Assembly: GCA_003971905.1 (NCBI GenBank) | Contig: RSEE01000063.1 | Location: 1-64,000, forward strand | Direction: 5' to 3' | Source of the DNA: Moniliella sp. 'wahieum' | Lineage: Eukaryota | Length of the DNA stretch: 64,000 bases | Shown: in pieces, positions 25,167 through 38,506 of the stretch | Numbering within the stretch: the first letter of the stretch is position 1 | Layout of the letters: each line of letters starts with the position of its first letter | Notes under the pieces: generated by a model | What the model was told of the DNA's origin: nothing | Database searches by the model: none | The model's input: the letters and a program-made list of their open reading frames with translations, nothing else | Translations under genes and position numbers: made by a program

Positions 25167-28100
25167 CTAACCCTCCCTGTTCCTACTCGCGCACTGACAA
25201 CGCCTGGGCGGGTGGTAAAGGGGGCGGGGGAGGAAACAGCAGACGGACCCACTTGCCCTCCTCGTTCGCCGTGGTACGTTCGCCATCCGTCCCTCGTCCC
25301 GCGCACCTGCACCTGCACCCGCTCGCTCGCGCCCCCTCTCACTCAGACTTGCCCCATCCACTTCGCTGTCCGCTTCGCCAGCGCTCGCCCGTGCTCCCTC
25401 GCGCAACGACGCCAGCACTGCAGCGTCTCCCTCACGCCGCGCGGATGGAGCGGCGGAGGGGGATTTTGCTCCCCCCTCGTCAGGTTGGACGAGGAAGCGG
25501 AACGTTCGTCCCCGGGGCTGGACGCGCTCTGAAAGTTGCGTCAAGAAGTGGGTGGTGAGCGGGGCGAGGAAGGAGGTGGCGAGTGCGCCCTGGGCCGGAT
25601 GGGCGCGGCAGAGCGATACTGCCGCTTCCAACCGCGCGACCGTTGGACCGACACGAGCATCCAACGCATTCAAATCTTCCTCCACACTCTCGTCTTCTGG
25701 AGCACTTTCCGCCGCTGCACTCAGCGCCCGACGAGCCTCCTCGTCCCGCACGCATTCGCCTACCGCTTGCCCGGCCAGAGCCAAAATGGCGCTCCCCTGC
25801 CCTCGTTGGGCAACGAGGCAAGCACCTCGCCTCCTTCCCGCTCGGGCGGGCGGAAGACACTGCCACTTGCGGTGCGCAGCGACCCGTCCGCGCATGCTTC
25901 CGCTGTTGTGGCGGGGGGAGGGTAGGTGTCAAGGCCAGCCGACCAAAGCCCAAGTGGGTGCTCGGGGTGAGCGAGCCTGGGGGGCCCAAGGGCCCCAGCA
26001 ACGCAGTCACCACCTGGTCCAACGGAGCTTCCGTCTCGTCCCCTCGACGTTTGCGTGGGGTGGGATGACGTTGGGCCCAACGTTGCTCCCAGTCCGCCTC
26101 GGTCGGCGCGGTCCAGAGTTCTTCCTCGCCCAGGTGGGCAAGGTCGATGAGGCTCAACTCGTTGGGCGCGAGCCACGGTCGCGCAGGTAGTAAGATCGAC
26201 TGTAACACGTCGCACACCCATACCGCCCACACTGTCCGCCGGCGTTCCATCCGTCTCACCCAGCTCCGCCATCCTTTCTCCTCCTCGGGCTCAGGGACCA
26301 ACAACAATTCTCGCACCGTCTGATCAACCCCCCCAAAACAAAGTTAGCGTCACGTCACGCACAGATCCCATCCAATCGCAAGAAGGTAGATCAGAGGGAT
26401 AGGTAGCAACACGTACAGTTACCGCGGCCGCATGTAGCAGACGTGCATGGTTCTCACTGATCCGTTCACCCGAGCAAGGCGGCCAGTTGGCCCAAGATCA
26501 AGGCTTGGACACGACGCACCAGCTCCTCCGGATCTCTTGACGTGCCCTTCTCCCGCTCCCTCCCGCTCTCGCGTATAGGAGCCGGATGCGGACTGAGCTG
26601 GACAATGGCAAACGTGGGGTACGAGTAAGCAGGTGCGGAGTGCGAGGGGTCCGAGGTGGCCCGAGGCGAGGCGAGCACGCATATTCATTTCATGTTCATG
26701 TTCAGTCCTAGTGCTGACTCATGTGGCGACCTGGGGCTAGAGGGCCAAAGTGGGCGACCGGACTCGGCCACGCCATGAACCAATGCGCCTTGAGTGCGGT
26801 CAAGCCGTGTTGTGGCTTGAGCTTGTGGGCGGGGCCGTAGGCAGTGCCCAGGAGAGCCATACCCCACAGCAAGTCCTGCCTTCTTGCCCTGCAAACGGAT
26901 GGCTCGTGCGTGGGGGCAGGTCGAGATGGAGCCCCTTGCGTTGGGCAGACGAACGAGCGGTACCGTTTCCGGTCTTGGGCCTCGACTCTGAAGGTGCGGG
27001 CAGGGGGCGAGTCGATGTCCATCTTCTCATTGGGTGGAGCGTAGAAAGAAGGGTAGGCACATGGATAAAGGGCAGAGACAGGGCAAATGTTCGAGCAAAG
27101 AGGTGGACTTGGTCAACCCCAGACTCAATCTCGGCTCCCCCGTTTCTTCCGCTGCCTCAGCGAGAGCATGAAGCGCAGAACCATCGCCCTCAGAAAAGGT
27201 GGAATCGAGCTCGGCCTGCAGGGCGGGAGCCAAGGCCGCCGCGGCCATGTGGACATATGCTGCAAATCCCAAATTCGTCTCGTCATCGAGGGAACGGTCA
27301 AAGAGGCGAGTAAATTCGACATCGCCTTCATGCAGAGCGGAGACAAACCGGCCAAGCTGCCCGAGCGGATCATGCCAGATTCCTCCTCTTCTTCGACGGA
27401 ACCCGACAAGGCGGTAGACACGAAGGCGGGAGAGCGCAGGCCGGCATGTGGATCCAAGCCAGGCCCAGACCCTGTGGCTCTTGTCCTGCACGCATCGAGT
27501 TGAGCAGCGCCGCGTCCCGCGTCAAGTCCTCCCGGCCGTACGGGTAGGCACCAGGCAAAGGTGGCGTCTCGTACGAGGCCTCGTATTGCTGGGGGGGATC
27601 TGTTGCAGGCTGGTAGCCATCACGGGTACCCGTACTCATACCTCCACTGCTGGGGATACGCCTCGGGCGAAGGGCTCTCCTCTGGGGTGGACAACGAAGG
27701 AGAGCGGCCCCGCGGGCTGGGGCAGCGGAGGCGGAGGTACATGGCGGCTGTAGGGAGAAGGAGCCTGGGCCATGTGGGCCAACATTGTGGCTGCGTCGGC
27801 ACTGGGGCGGGAAGTAGGGAGGGGCTGACGCGGGGGAGAAGGGGTGCGTGGGGCATAGAGCGCGTGGGGAGGCGGCGGCGGCATGCGAGGCGGCGGCGGG
27901 GGCGGCGGCGGGGGCATCATGTAGGGATGGGGCAAGGTGGAGGGCGGGCCATAGGGCGACGAGGACGGCGGCAGAAAGCGGTAGGGCGGCGGCGGCGGAG
28001 GAGGGGGGAAGGCGTGTGGCAGCGGCGGCGGGGGCTGCGGCGGCTGCGACTGTGGCGGAGGAGGCGGGAGGGCGCAGAGGTAGGGGCGGGCGGGGAGCGC

Positions 28101-28466
28101 TCGGGCGGGGCGGTGGCCGAGGGGCCGAGTTGGTGTGGTGGCGCGGCGATGGAGTTGTGGAGGGCGGTGTGGAGGTGGAGCTTCATGTGGCGCTGGAGGC
28201 TGTCGGTGCGGGTGGACTTGAAGTGGCAGTAGGAGCACGCGAAGGGCTTCTCGCCTGTGTGGAGCGCATGTGGCGGCTGAGGCCATTCTTGCGCTGGAAG
28301 CACTGGCTGCAGATCGCACAGATGAACCGCCCAGGCTGGCTGCCGGCCGCGGGAGCCGTCGCGACGCGCGCGGAGGGCGCCGTCGGTGCGGCGGCCCGGC
28401 GGCGGAGGGCTCCTCCGATCCCGACCGGCGCTCAGGCGCGGCACCGTCCACGGCAGCGGCGCTCAT
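25167..28466 (-). CDS. C2H2 zinc-finger transcription factor with a fungal-specific TF C-terminal domain; 3' end approximate
   Basis: FICAICSQCFQRKNGLSRHMR.HTGEKPFACSYCHFKSTRTDSLQRHMKLH reconstructed across frameshifts; Pro-rich linker; WRSWVRRMERRRTVWAVWVCD. Confidence 0.8.
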
Positions 28467-28554
28467 TGGGGGGGGGGGGGGTGGGCGGGGGCGGGGGCGG
28501 GGCCGGAGGCGATGGAGGAGGAGGGAGGGGCGGAGGAGGAGATGGGGGGGCAAT

Positions 28555-28612
28555 GGAGATGGAGATGGAGGTGGAGATGGAGATGGAGATGGAGATGGAG
28601 ATGGAGATGGAG
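28555..28612. repeat. (GGAGAT)n hexamer microsatellite upstream of the C2H2 TF
   Basis: About 9-10 units with one variant. Confidence 0.9.
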
Positions 28613-31600
28613 GAGTCGAGAGGGAGACGAGGGAGACGAGCGGAGGTGGAGGTGGAGACGGCCGACGGCGCACAGAGCTTGCCCGAGCATGCCCCACCTC
28701 CACCCGCCCCTGCCGCCGATCGCTGCGGAACACTGGCCCTGTGCCCGTCCTCGCGTGGCAACTGCCTCCGTGCCACTCCCCCCCCAAGCGCCCCGTCTGT
28801 GGCGCCGCGCCCCCCGCGGGCAACCCTACTACCTGGTGCCACAGACGGCCCCCGTGCCGGCTGCCTCTCCGCGTCCTCGCCGCCAGCACGCCACTGTCGA
28901 TCCGCCGCGCCACGCCTTCGTCTCGGCTGTGTCATCACCACTAGCTAGACGTGTGTATTCGGTGGGCTGGAGGCCCAGCGCCGTGATCATTACCCTGGCT
29001 CCCTCGTTGGTCATCCAGCACACCAGGATGCTGGTCTCCTGTCCCCGCCTCACCGCCCCTCCCGTGCCGCCTGCGCTGACATCCGGGCCAGCACATCCGC
29101 TCTCCGCCGAGCCAGCCGCCGCCGCTTCTCCTGGCTCATCCGCCCCCGACCGCGTCCTTGACGAGGCTCGCGCCACCAACAACCTGCTGGTGCTGGCGGC
29201 GCCGACCGACAAAGAGAGAAGGACGACTCACACTCGGAATCATCTTCTGCCTTGTCCTGCCCACGGGTTGGTGGCGCACACCACCCTGGGTCATCTTCCT
29301 TCCTTGCTGATTCCGCGCTGGCGCCGACTGAACCGACAGCCCCACTTCTCGCATGCCACTTGCCTCTCCGTAATGCCATTCTTCATCCATAGTGAGCACG
29401 TTCAGGGCAACCCGTACCGCCACTTCTTCTGCTTTGTCAATCGCCTGCCTCCTGTCTGGCATGCACAGACCAAAGAGCGAAGGGGGTGCGAAGATGAAGT
29501 CCGGGGGCTGAGGGTGACCAGGGCCATGTTGGCGGGGGCTGGTATGCGGACAAGGGGAGAGAAGGTTGCTTCCTGTCGTGCGTCCTTCCAATGGAGTGGT
29601 TGGATTGCTCATGACACTCTGGAGATCCTGGTGCGTGGGTGCAGTTCGCATCGGATATGACTTGATGTTGCCACCGTATATCGTCCGGATCGGAGCTGGA
29701 GCCGGAAACTGGTTCTTCTCTCGGCACGTCTTGCGACCCACAGTGAGAGAGGTAGTCATGGTGCTGCTAGAAATGGTGTGGGAGTGGGTCAATGGTACAT
29801 TGACGATGAGAGCTGACAGGAGTATTTAATAGCTACAGAGTTGCCAGTAAACCGAGGGGCTAATCACCATCTTTCACAATGCTCTAAGTGAGTGTCTTTG
29901 TGTGCACAAAGCGCTCCGATGTACCCCGGTAGCTCCTATAGGGCGGTCGAAGAGAAGGGAGTCTCTGGTGTACCTTGAGCTGGCAAATGTGGCCCTATTA
30001 GGATATGCAGCACAAGGGCAACTCTGGGAGTTGTGTTGAACGTTCTGCCCACTGCGTTTCGTAACGGCAGAATAGTAGTGTTCTCTCCACCACTGACAAG
30101 GCGAGAGGACGGAGCCCTAGGGTATCTCCTCTTCTCATGCATTACCGAGCATGCATAATGCGTAGGCAGAACTGAGTGGCGTCTTGAGCCATGTATTGGT
30201 GAGGAAAAAACACGCGGAGCTTGCGTGCGCATATCAAATGCGTAATCACATTTAGCGGCTGTGAATAATCGCAATGAATACGAGGACATCTGGACGCACC
30301 CGGCTGAGACCAGTGCAATGGATACTGAAGCGTATAGGACAGTAGCGTAGACGATCGATTGCGGGCGGATGAAGGCAGCCGTTTGTGATAGGAAACAGGA
30401 CCGAGGACCTGGAGAAGGCCACATTATTCGATGGCTTTATGTGGCTACGCGCGCCACAGCCTTCGGAGTCTGGGAGCCCAAGGTGGAAGCGGGAAGCCAG
30501 TCACGTGACTAGAGTCCCCGGCCGCCACAACACAACCGAACAGCAGGGCTTCCTTCAATCAAACGCTACTAATGATACGCAGCTGTTCGCCTGTGCCCTT
30601 ACTAGCTCGTTGATTCTATACCGAAGTTGCTTATACTTCTCTGTTCCTTCTAATACGTGGCAAATCCATCTGGCATTGTAACCCAGGTGCATCAATTGTA
30701 AAGATAATCACAGTAAGTGCGCACTTAGCTATTGTGCATTGTGAACAAATCTCTGGCACCCCTATCGCCCTATCCGTCTCCTGGCCACGAGCTCGTCGCG
30801 ATCAGAATACCTGGCACCATGGATGAGAAGATGGTGTCTAGCTCCGCACCAGTAGATAGTTGTGTCAGAGAATGTTAACCCGCCAGCTATTCGCGTAATA
30901 TGATTCTTGCTCCGATCGACCTCTTTTTGCCAGCAAAACATTTGATTATCTCTTCTAGTATACGTCAGTTGATACTCCTCACCCAAGTAGGAGCTTAGCA
31001 CTCAATATGTAATGTGCCTAGTATGGGGAGTTAGAAGAAGATACATTTGTGTAACGGGAGCAGTATACCCCGTATATTGCCCGCGAGGGCATCCGGCCAC
31101 GTGATGGATGTGGGACAATAAGGCGAAACGTAACAAGGAAGAACGGAAGGGGAGCACGTCATGACCTCCCCTTTCAATGTAGGTATGCCGGGGGGTGATA
31201 TGCGAGAAGAAATGTACAATGTCTGGAAGAAGGGGGGCACGTGAGGCTTTGCCAGCACGCACAAGGTATTGTGTAGTGGTACACAGTTTCGTGTGGCATT
31301 GCTCCGCCCCCCCTGTCGATAGAAAGAGAGAGAGAGTTCAAAATCGGAGACACACAGAAGACAGTCTAGGAGAGACGAACAGAGGAGGTTAACAGGAAAT
31401 TCGACGGAATGTCCTGCTGGTTTTGATTTGATTCCATTGTAGAGCGTTTGGTCTCGTTGGTATAGTATCCTGTTGCATTACGACTGCTCACATGTATTTT
31501 GCGCCGAGGGAAGTGGAGGAGATTCCCAAGTGAGTGTCGTTCCGGTTCCAGTCCTTGAGGGGTGCATCGGCAGCCGGACCGCCGGCTGGTGCGGTACACG

Positions 31601-33694
31601 TGGTAGGATGAGGCCACAGAACTTGCATTCGGACCAGAGGGGCGAAACGCGAAGGCGACAGTGGGGGCAGATCTTGACATTTGGAGGAGGGCTGTCGGTG
31701 GGGAGAGTCACATTTTCCATAATATGGATGCGCATCAGCATCGCGCATGCATGGCGAGAGGAGATGTGTGTGTGGACCAGGGAGCGTACGGCATGGCTTT
31801 GTTGTCGATGGATCGTGAAGCTGTAGAGTATGAAGGGCGAGCACGTGCAGAGCTACTTGAAGCGCGTGGCAAAAGAAAGGGAGTGTGGATGTGGGAGATG
31901 GAGAAACAGGCTTGGGACACAAGGAAGTGAAAGAGGACTATACCACGGCGTCTGTGGTGGGGTTGGTACATTGAAAGCCCGTAGTACGCCAGAGGTTAGA
32001 ATCACTCTGTCCGGCGAGCGTAGACACTCCGACCACGCACCAGAGCAGTCGCCCCCGCCGTAGCAGAGTCGCGGTTGCAGGAGCTTGAATTGAATCGATG
32101 GCCGAGGCAGGATGACGTCATGATGTGGCGCGTGCTGGCGGGGCAAAAGCAAGGCAAAGTGCAGCCAACAAACACATGTCCTGTCTGTGTGCACATGCGG
32201 CGCAGTGGGGCGGGCACTATGGAGCACCGGGGGGGTTGGGGGTCTATGATATATGATACCAGCTGGATGTTGTTTCTCTACTCGGGATGATTAATGATTC
32301 GATCATCTCGGTGATCCATCAGACCGGCGCCCCTCCAAGACGCGCCTCGTTCTCCCCGAAACCAATCATCAGTGATCTCCCAAAGTAATCCATAGTCTCC
32401 ATCCCCCCCCACCCCACCCCAAACACGATAATATAGTAGGCCCCCGTTTGCCCCCCACTCTTGTGCGCGTTCGCAGTGTTTTGATGTGGAGTACTCGTGC
32501 ATAAGAGGGGGCGGCAGGAGCCGCACGATGATCAATGAGAGTGGAGGCTCGGGGGGGCGGTATCGGAGCGACTCAAGAAGTATTTGGCAAGGAGACACAG
32601 ACGCGCGCCTGACAACGCGCGCCACGTTGAATGTTGACGAGCGCTGAACGTTGAACGGGACCGTCGAGCAGCGTTGACTCGCTTGTGCAATGATTAAAGA
32701 TGCAAATGATGCCCGTAATGATCGATATCCCCTTTCTGCTTGATGACCTCTATGCATGACTCGACCCCAGCAGACTCGCGACACCCAAGCTGGGTGGAAG
32801 CTGCGCTGGCACAAAAAGCGAGAGAGAGAACTGCCAAGCGCGCATCCTGCGCTTTCTCTGCGAGCGTCTCTTTTCGCACGCAGTGCTCTCTAGCCACTAC
32901 TAGCGATCGAGTCAGTGTTGGCGACGTGGAGATCATGCAGATCATGAATATACTCTCTCGACCTCCCTGTTAGACTGACCCTTTGCAACACTGTCATGTG
33001 ACACTAGGGCACTGCACTGCCACAGAGCTTTTCGACCGATGACGCCTCTCGTTCACCACGTTCACCCTCCCACTGCTCGTGATCACTGGTTCCCTAGTAG
33101 TAGTCTAGTAGTCCTTTCCATCAGCAGCAGGGGCTATCTGATCCCGACCAGTTGGTACCGGCGCAAGAGGATAATACCCTCAATCAGCGCCCCTCTGAGC
33201 GCTGTGCCTACAATGCGATCAACTCCTCAATGGAAGCAGGTTCACATGACTGATGCATGAACGTTGCATCAACGTTCAACGTTCAACCCGCATTCATGCT
33301 ATGCAGCACGTAAAATAGACGGTAGTAGTCCGTTCGGATGATGGCCTCGACTCCCAAGTGGACCCGTCTCCCGCGACCACAAGCGACGACTATCTGCCCT
33401 TGGCTCAAATTGACTAGCGATGCCTAGCTTGTCCCTCGGTTTGATTCGTCTACTATACGCAGAAAGAGAGTCCCTCAGACGCCACCCTCGACCCGCTCCA
33501 TTCGTGGGGCCACGATCATTGTGGCTTACCACAGCGGTTAAGGTAACGGTACCCCACCAACCCTCGAATGACAATTAATGACGGATTGAATTGCCCCCCT
33601 GAGTTGTAGCTTTAGCACAGCAGTGACATGTGAGTTGGAATTGGAATTGGAATTGGAGTTGCGGAGCCCTCAGTGAGTAACGAGCGCAGCGCCG

Positions 33695-36600
33695 CTAGAA
33701 GTACAGGCTGGCAGCAAACACAATATCGCGGCGAATGTGTCTGAGCGGATCCATCTTACGGTAAAGGTCGGCATCTCCGATGACACGTGCGGCGTCCCGT
33801 ACTTCGCGACAGGTTTCGTCGAGGCGAGTGATGGTGCGTACGATGGTGCCTTCTGCGACGTCGGTCATGCGTGTGATTTCCTCAAAGGGCGTGCCCTGAG
33901 CCCAGGCCAGGACGACATGCACCAGCCCCGGACGGAACTTGAGTCAAAGTCTTCAGCTGGGATTTGGTGCTGGGTTTGGACAGCACCTACTTTGCTGTTG
34001 CACGACCATCTCCACGCCTTCTTCCATACCGAGCGAGAGAGGGGCACCGTCTCGTCGCGCGCATCGTAGATAAACATGCTCAATAGCGCCACCGTTTCTT
34101 CGGGGGAAAAGCGTGCCAGGGATGTCCAGATAAGTTCAGTGAGGACGAGCTGTCGGCTGTATTGATCTCGCATGCCACTCGGCCTTTGAGAAACACTCTC
34201 GACACCCCATCTACAAATCGCAATGTCTTGAGTACACCTACCCGCTGGTGATAGTCTGGCAAACAACTCCAAGTTCTCGTGCTCAGTCGAAGCCAAATCG
34301 CGCACTTCGGCTTGGAGCGTGCGACGTTGGGCACAATACGGTAATCCGCCTCAAAGTGTTTGTCCGCTCGCACGCTTGCCAGCGCAGCGAGGCGGGACGT
34401 GTACTCTTCGCGCTGGGCCAAAGCTTCGCGGAAATCAAGGCGGCCCAACTGGGCGGACACTTCGGGGAACGTCTTGCCTTGTGGCGCGCAGAGAGCTTGG
34501 CCAACGTCTGTCCAATCGGTCGAAGAAGGTCAAGGGTAGTTGAGTGCGCTCTTGCGATGCGAGAGGATGACTCTGAGGAACGTGATGGTATAAGGCGTGA
34601 GCCAGACCAGTGCGTCCAAGCGCACTTCCCGTAGATCGTACACCCATCCAGCAATCTCACTCGGTTGCACGTCCGTAGTGTCGGAGGCCAGGGGAGCTCG
34701 TGCCCGCGTCGCCGTGCGATCCAATTGCCCGCCCTTGCGCTCCGGCGACACGGCAGCCAAAACCAACACCCCTGTCTGTGCCGTTGCGCAAGCAGTTTGA
34801 CCACCACAGCAAGCGAAAAGTCAAAGTGCTCGTCGCGTAGAAGCACGATCCGGCCAGGAGGGAGGACGCGCGCACGTGCCTGTTCCACCGCCATCTCCAC
34901 CACCGCCTTCTGGGCCGCCGTGGCACCCTGTGCCAAGTCATAGTACTGGCCAACGTATCGTTTCGCTCAACGCTCTTGAGGATGGCACAGAGTCGAGTCG
35001 TTGCTGCAGTACACGAAGTCGACGTTCATGCTCCGGCTGTAATTTTTGTACTGCATTTTCCGAAAAGGAGCGCTTGATCATCTCCTCCACCTTGAGCGCC
35101 TCCACCCGCAACAGATTGAGGATCATGTTGTATGTCAAGCGGAATTGGCTGATCAGTTTGTCGGGCGTACCGAGCACCATCTCCTTGACCAAAGGTTTGG
35201 ATATCCCCGCTCACTCGCGTTGATGATCACTGTTCCTGTGGCATCGAGACCACGTCGCCCGGCACGACCGGCCATCTGGGTACTCGCCGGGAGAAAGGTT
35301 GCGGAAGGTGGTACCGTCATGTTTGCGCGTCGAGGAGAAGACAACCGCTTTGGCTGGCATGTTGACTCCCATAGCAAACGTCTCAGTGGCAAAGAGAACC
35401 TTGACAAGGCCCCCGTTGGAACAAGATTTCCACCACCTCCTTTACCAATGGCAAGAGGCCACCGTGATGCACTCCAATTCCCCGAGCCAGCAGCTCGCGC
35501 ATTCGTGTGATTTGGGGCAGAGTACGGTCGACCTCTTTCAACCGTTGCACCGCCTTCTCCATCATCAGTGTGCACCTCGTTCTTCTCCTTGGCCGTGTTT
35601 GAGATCAGTGTGGGCATGCTCGCCGCATACTCCTCACACTTTTTCTTACTAAACACAAATACGACCGTGGGGAGCAAGTTGCGTTTTCGCACATACCCAC
35701 CATCGTCACCCACAAATCTGGATCGGGTCCTGGACGACCGACTTACCGCCCCCTCGACCGCCTGTCATACCTCCTCGTCCGCCTCCCCCCTCTCGCCCTG
35801 CCATTGCCCCTCGTCCAGCCACCCCACCTCGTGTGGCTACCGCACCCCGCGTCCTCCCCGACCTCCACGACCTCCGCGATCCCACCACCACGACCTCCGC
35901 GACCACCACGGTCCCCGCCGCCGCGGACGGCGGGCCACCTCTACCTCCGCGTCCACCGCGTGCGCCGCGGGCTTGTGTGCTGGGTGGCGGGGCGGGGAGT
36001 AATCCCGCAGCTTCCAGTTCGCGATCTTGCTTGCGCATGGCTGCGTCCCGCGCGTCACGGAAGCCGCGGGGTAAGAGTGTTGCCCATTGCGTCGACGACC
36101 TTGTACAGATCCGATCCGGAGAAGAAAGTGTTCCAACGGTACAGGTCGTTTGAGTGTGCTAATCACATAAATCTCTTTCTTTTGGTCCGGCCGACCCAAT
36201 CGGCGAATTCTAAGATGATGCAAGGGGGGTCAGTAGCTGCCGAGCCTGGGAAGGGGCTTGTGGGTCATATGCATGATGCGACGCGGCAAAAGCGGCGAGG
36301 GAGGAAGGGTGCGTACCTCGTGTGTTGGGCACAGTGGCGGAGAGGAGGATGAGGCTAATGTGTTGCGGGGCGAGGATGATGACTTCTCCCATACACACAC
36401 ACGTTCCTGGTCGTTGACATAGTGCACCTCATCAAAAATGATAAACTCTACATCGCGGATCAGGTCGGCGCCACGGTAGAGCATACTGCGTAAAATCTCA
36501 GTCGTCATGATCAAGCAAGGTGCTGTCTCGTTGATCTGCACATCGCCCGTAGGATCCCGACATTGTCCGCGCCAAACGTTTCCTTAAACTCGCGGAACTT

Positions 36601-37722
36601 TTGGTTGGACAAAGCTGATGGGCGACGTGAGGACGCATCGCGTCAATGCTTCATGGCCAACGCTATCGCATACTCGCCACCACCGTCTTACCGCCGACGT
36701 GTGGGCTGCCACAAAGACGGAATCGCCTTGCTCAATGTGGGTACAATGCCTGCTTTTGGAACACGTCCAGCTCAAAGGGATACTCATGCGCTGGCGCCGG
36801 CACAGTTGCTCGAAATCGGGGAACCCAGTGGCCACATCCACCATGTGCGCCCACTCGCGCTGATTACGTTTTTCGCAGGTCCCGTAACGACTGCATGGGC
36901 TCAGTGGGGAGCAAGTCATCCAGCTCGGCGTCCAAGCGGTCGTGAGCCATCTTCTTTCTTCCGAAAGCGCCGAGGCAGGCAGGAAAGGCGCGGCCGACGG
37001 GAGGGTGGAGCGGGTAGATACGGAAGCAGCAAGTGGTACGTACACTGGTTCTGCTGGCAGCAGCCAGGACCCGAACTGCTTCACGCTTTGGTCCTCCGAC
37101 GGTGCACCCTCGTACATGCCCCGAACGAATCCAGGCGGGGTGGTCTTGAGCTCTGCTCCGAGCGCAAAGGGGTCGGCGGTGGTGCGACGGGCCGTTTCAG
37201 GGGCCACGACGACGGCATCCAGCCCACCAGGGGTGAACATGGAGTTGCCCACTTTGCCCTGGACAAAGTGGGCGGCGGACACTTCCTGTGCGCGTGGAGG
37301 GAGGAGGAGGTCTTGCCTGACCGAGGTGGGTGCGTTTGAGGGAGGATGTTTCCTCCACCTCCTCTTGCCAGCCGACCACGTCGCCGGCCAGGCCGGCACG
37401 GACAAAGGAGAGGTGGGTGGTCTGGGTGGCCGGGTGGACAGTGTGGGACTGGAGGGCATCGAAGGTGGGCCACTCGTTCCAGGCGAGCGGGAGGGCCTGC
37501 AGGGGTCTGCGTCTGGTCGGCGGCGCCGGAGCAGGGAGGAGGGAAGGGGTGAGGAACGTGGCGGGTCAGAAAGCGAGCGGGCGGCGTCGGGGCGAGCGGG
37601 GCGTCGGTGGGGGGAGCGGGTGGCGGGGCGCGCGGGGCGGGTGCGGAGCTGAGCAGCCCGTCGGCAAGCGCAGTGGCGGCGGCCCAGTCGGAGGCGTCGA
37701 AGAGCGCATCGGGCGCAAACAT
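33695..37722 (-). CDS. SKI2: Ski2 DExH RNA helicase (exosome cofactor, antiviral); intron about 36210-36316
   Basis: [106 protein letters not shown]-terminal [15 protein letters not shown]; many frameshifts. Confidence 0.95.
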
Positions 37723-38506
37723 CGGCGGGCTGGGGTGGGGGTGGTGGCGCAAGCGGCGGCCGGACGACGATCGTCGATCGGCGCTGCGTTGCTTCGCCGG
37801 CCACAGAAAAGACACTCTAAGCTAACAGCGGCGCACCAGGCAACCCTAGCGCCCAGCCCGCCTCTGCATGCTGCAGCTGCATGCTGCACGTGACTAGTCC
37901 TGTCCGCCTCGCTTACACCGCCGTTCCCCTTTCCCGCCAAGCAGCCGCCGCAGCAGCCACTCACTCGGTCGCAGCCCCGCTGTAGCAATCCGCCCGCGTC
38001 CCAGATCCTCCCAGGAGAGCATCGACGACTGCTTCTGGCCCCTGACGTCGTTTACGCCACGCGCTCTTTCCCACGCAAGCCAATCGCATGCTCTCCACTG
38101 AATGATATACGTTCGCACGCTTTTCAAGTCGGCAGGCCAGGCCAACCATGCTCCCTCTATATCCTTTGTCCGCAAGAAGCGGCGGATAGGATGTCTCTGC
38201 CTGCTCTGGCCTTCTGTTGTGCCTCCGCCCTCCGCCCCTCTCCGCCTGCAGCGCTTCAGCACCTCTTGCTGCCCCCCAGCCTACGCACCCGTCAACATAG
38301 CCCTGGTGTGGTCGTCACGTGCGCCCACGGCGTGGGTTTCAACGGGTCGGGGCGTCACGTGATCATGGTGAGCACGTGAACGCGTGAGGCTCATCGATCA
38401 TCAGCCTCGCCCAACATCTCAGCCCACACCCCACGCGTCGAGGCGCCCCTGAGGGTTAGCCTGACCATCACCACCCCCCGACCACCATCCGTGCTTCTCC
38501 GCCGCC

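Noticed and set aside
27561..29660. Long plus-strand ORFs (27848..28948, 28386..29660) and similar antisense ORFs elsewhere
   Set aside because: Shadow ORFs of GC-rich coding DNA and microsatellites (EMEMEM, WRWRWR) with no recognisable domains.
28943..29759. Possible minus-strand hypothetical gene (MTTSLTVG...RRQAIDKAEEVAVRVALNVL...)
   Set aside because: No recognisable motif and it needs several frameshifts, so it cannot be supported from sequence alone.
38452..38460. CTAACCCT on the minus strand as a telomerase RNA template
   Set aside because: Only 8 nt, similar matches occur elsewhere (about 3138 and 25167), and no supporting structure is visible.
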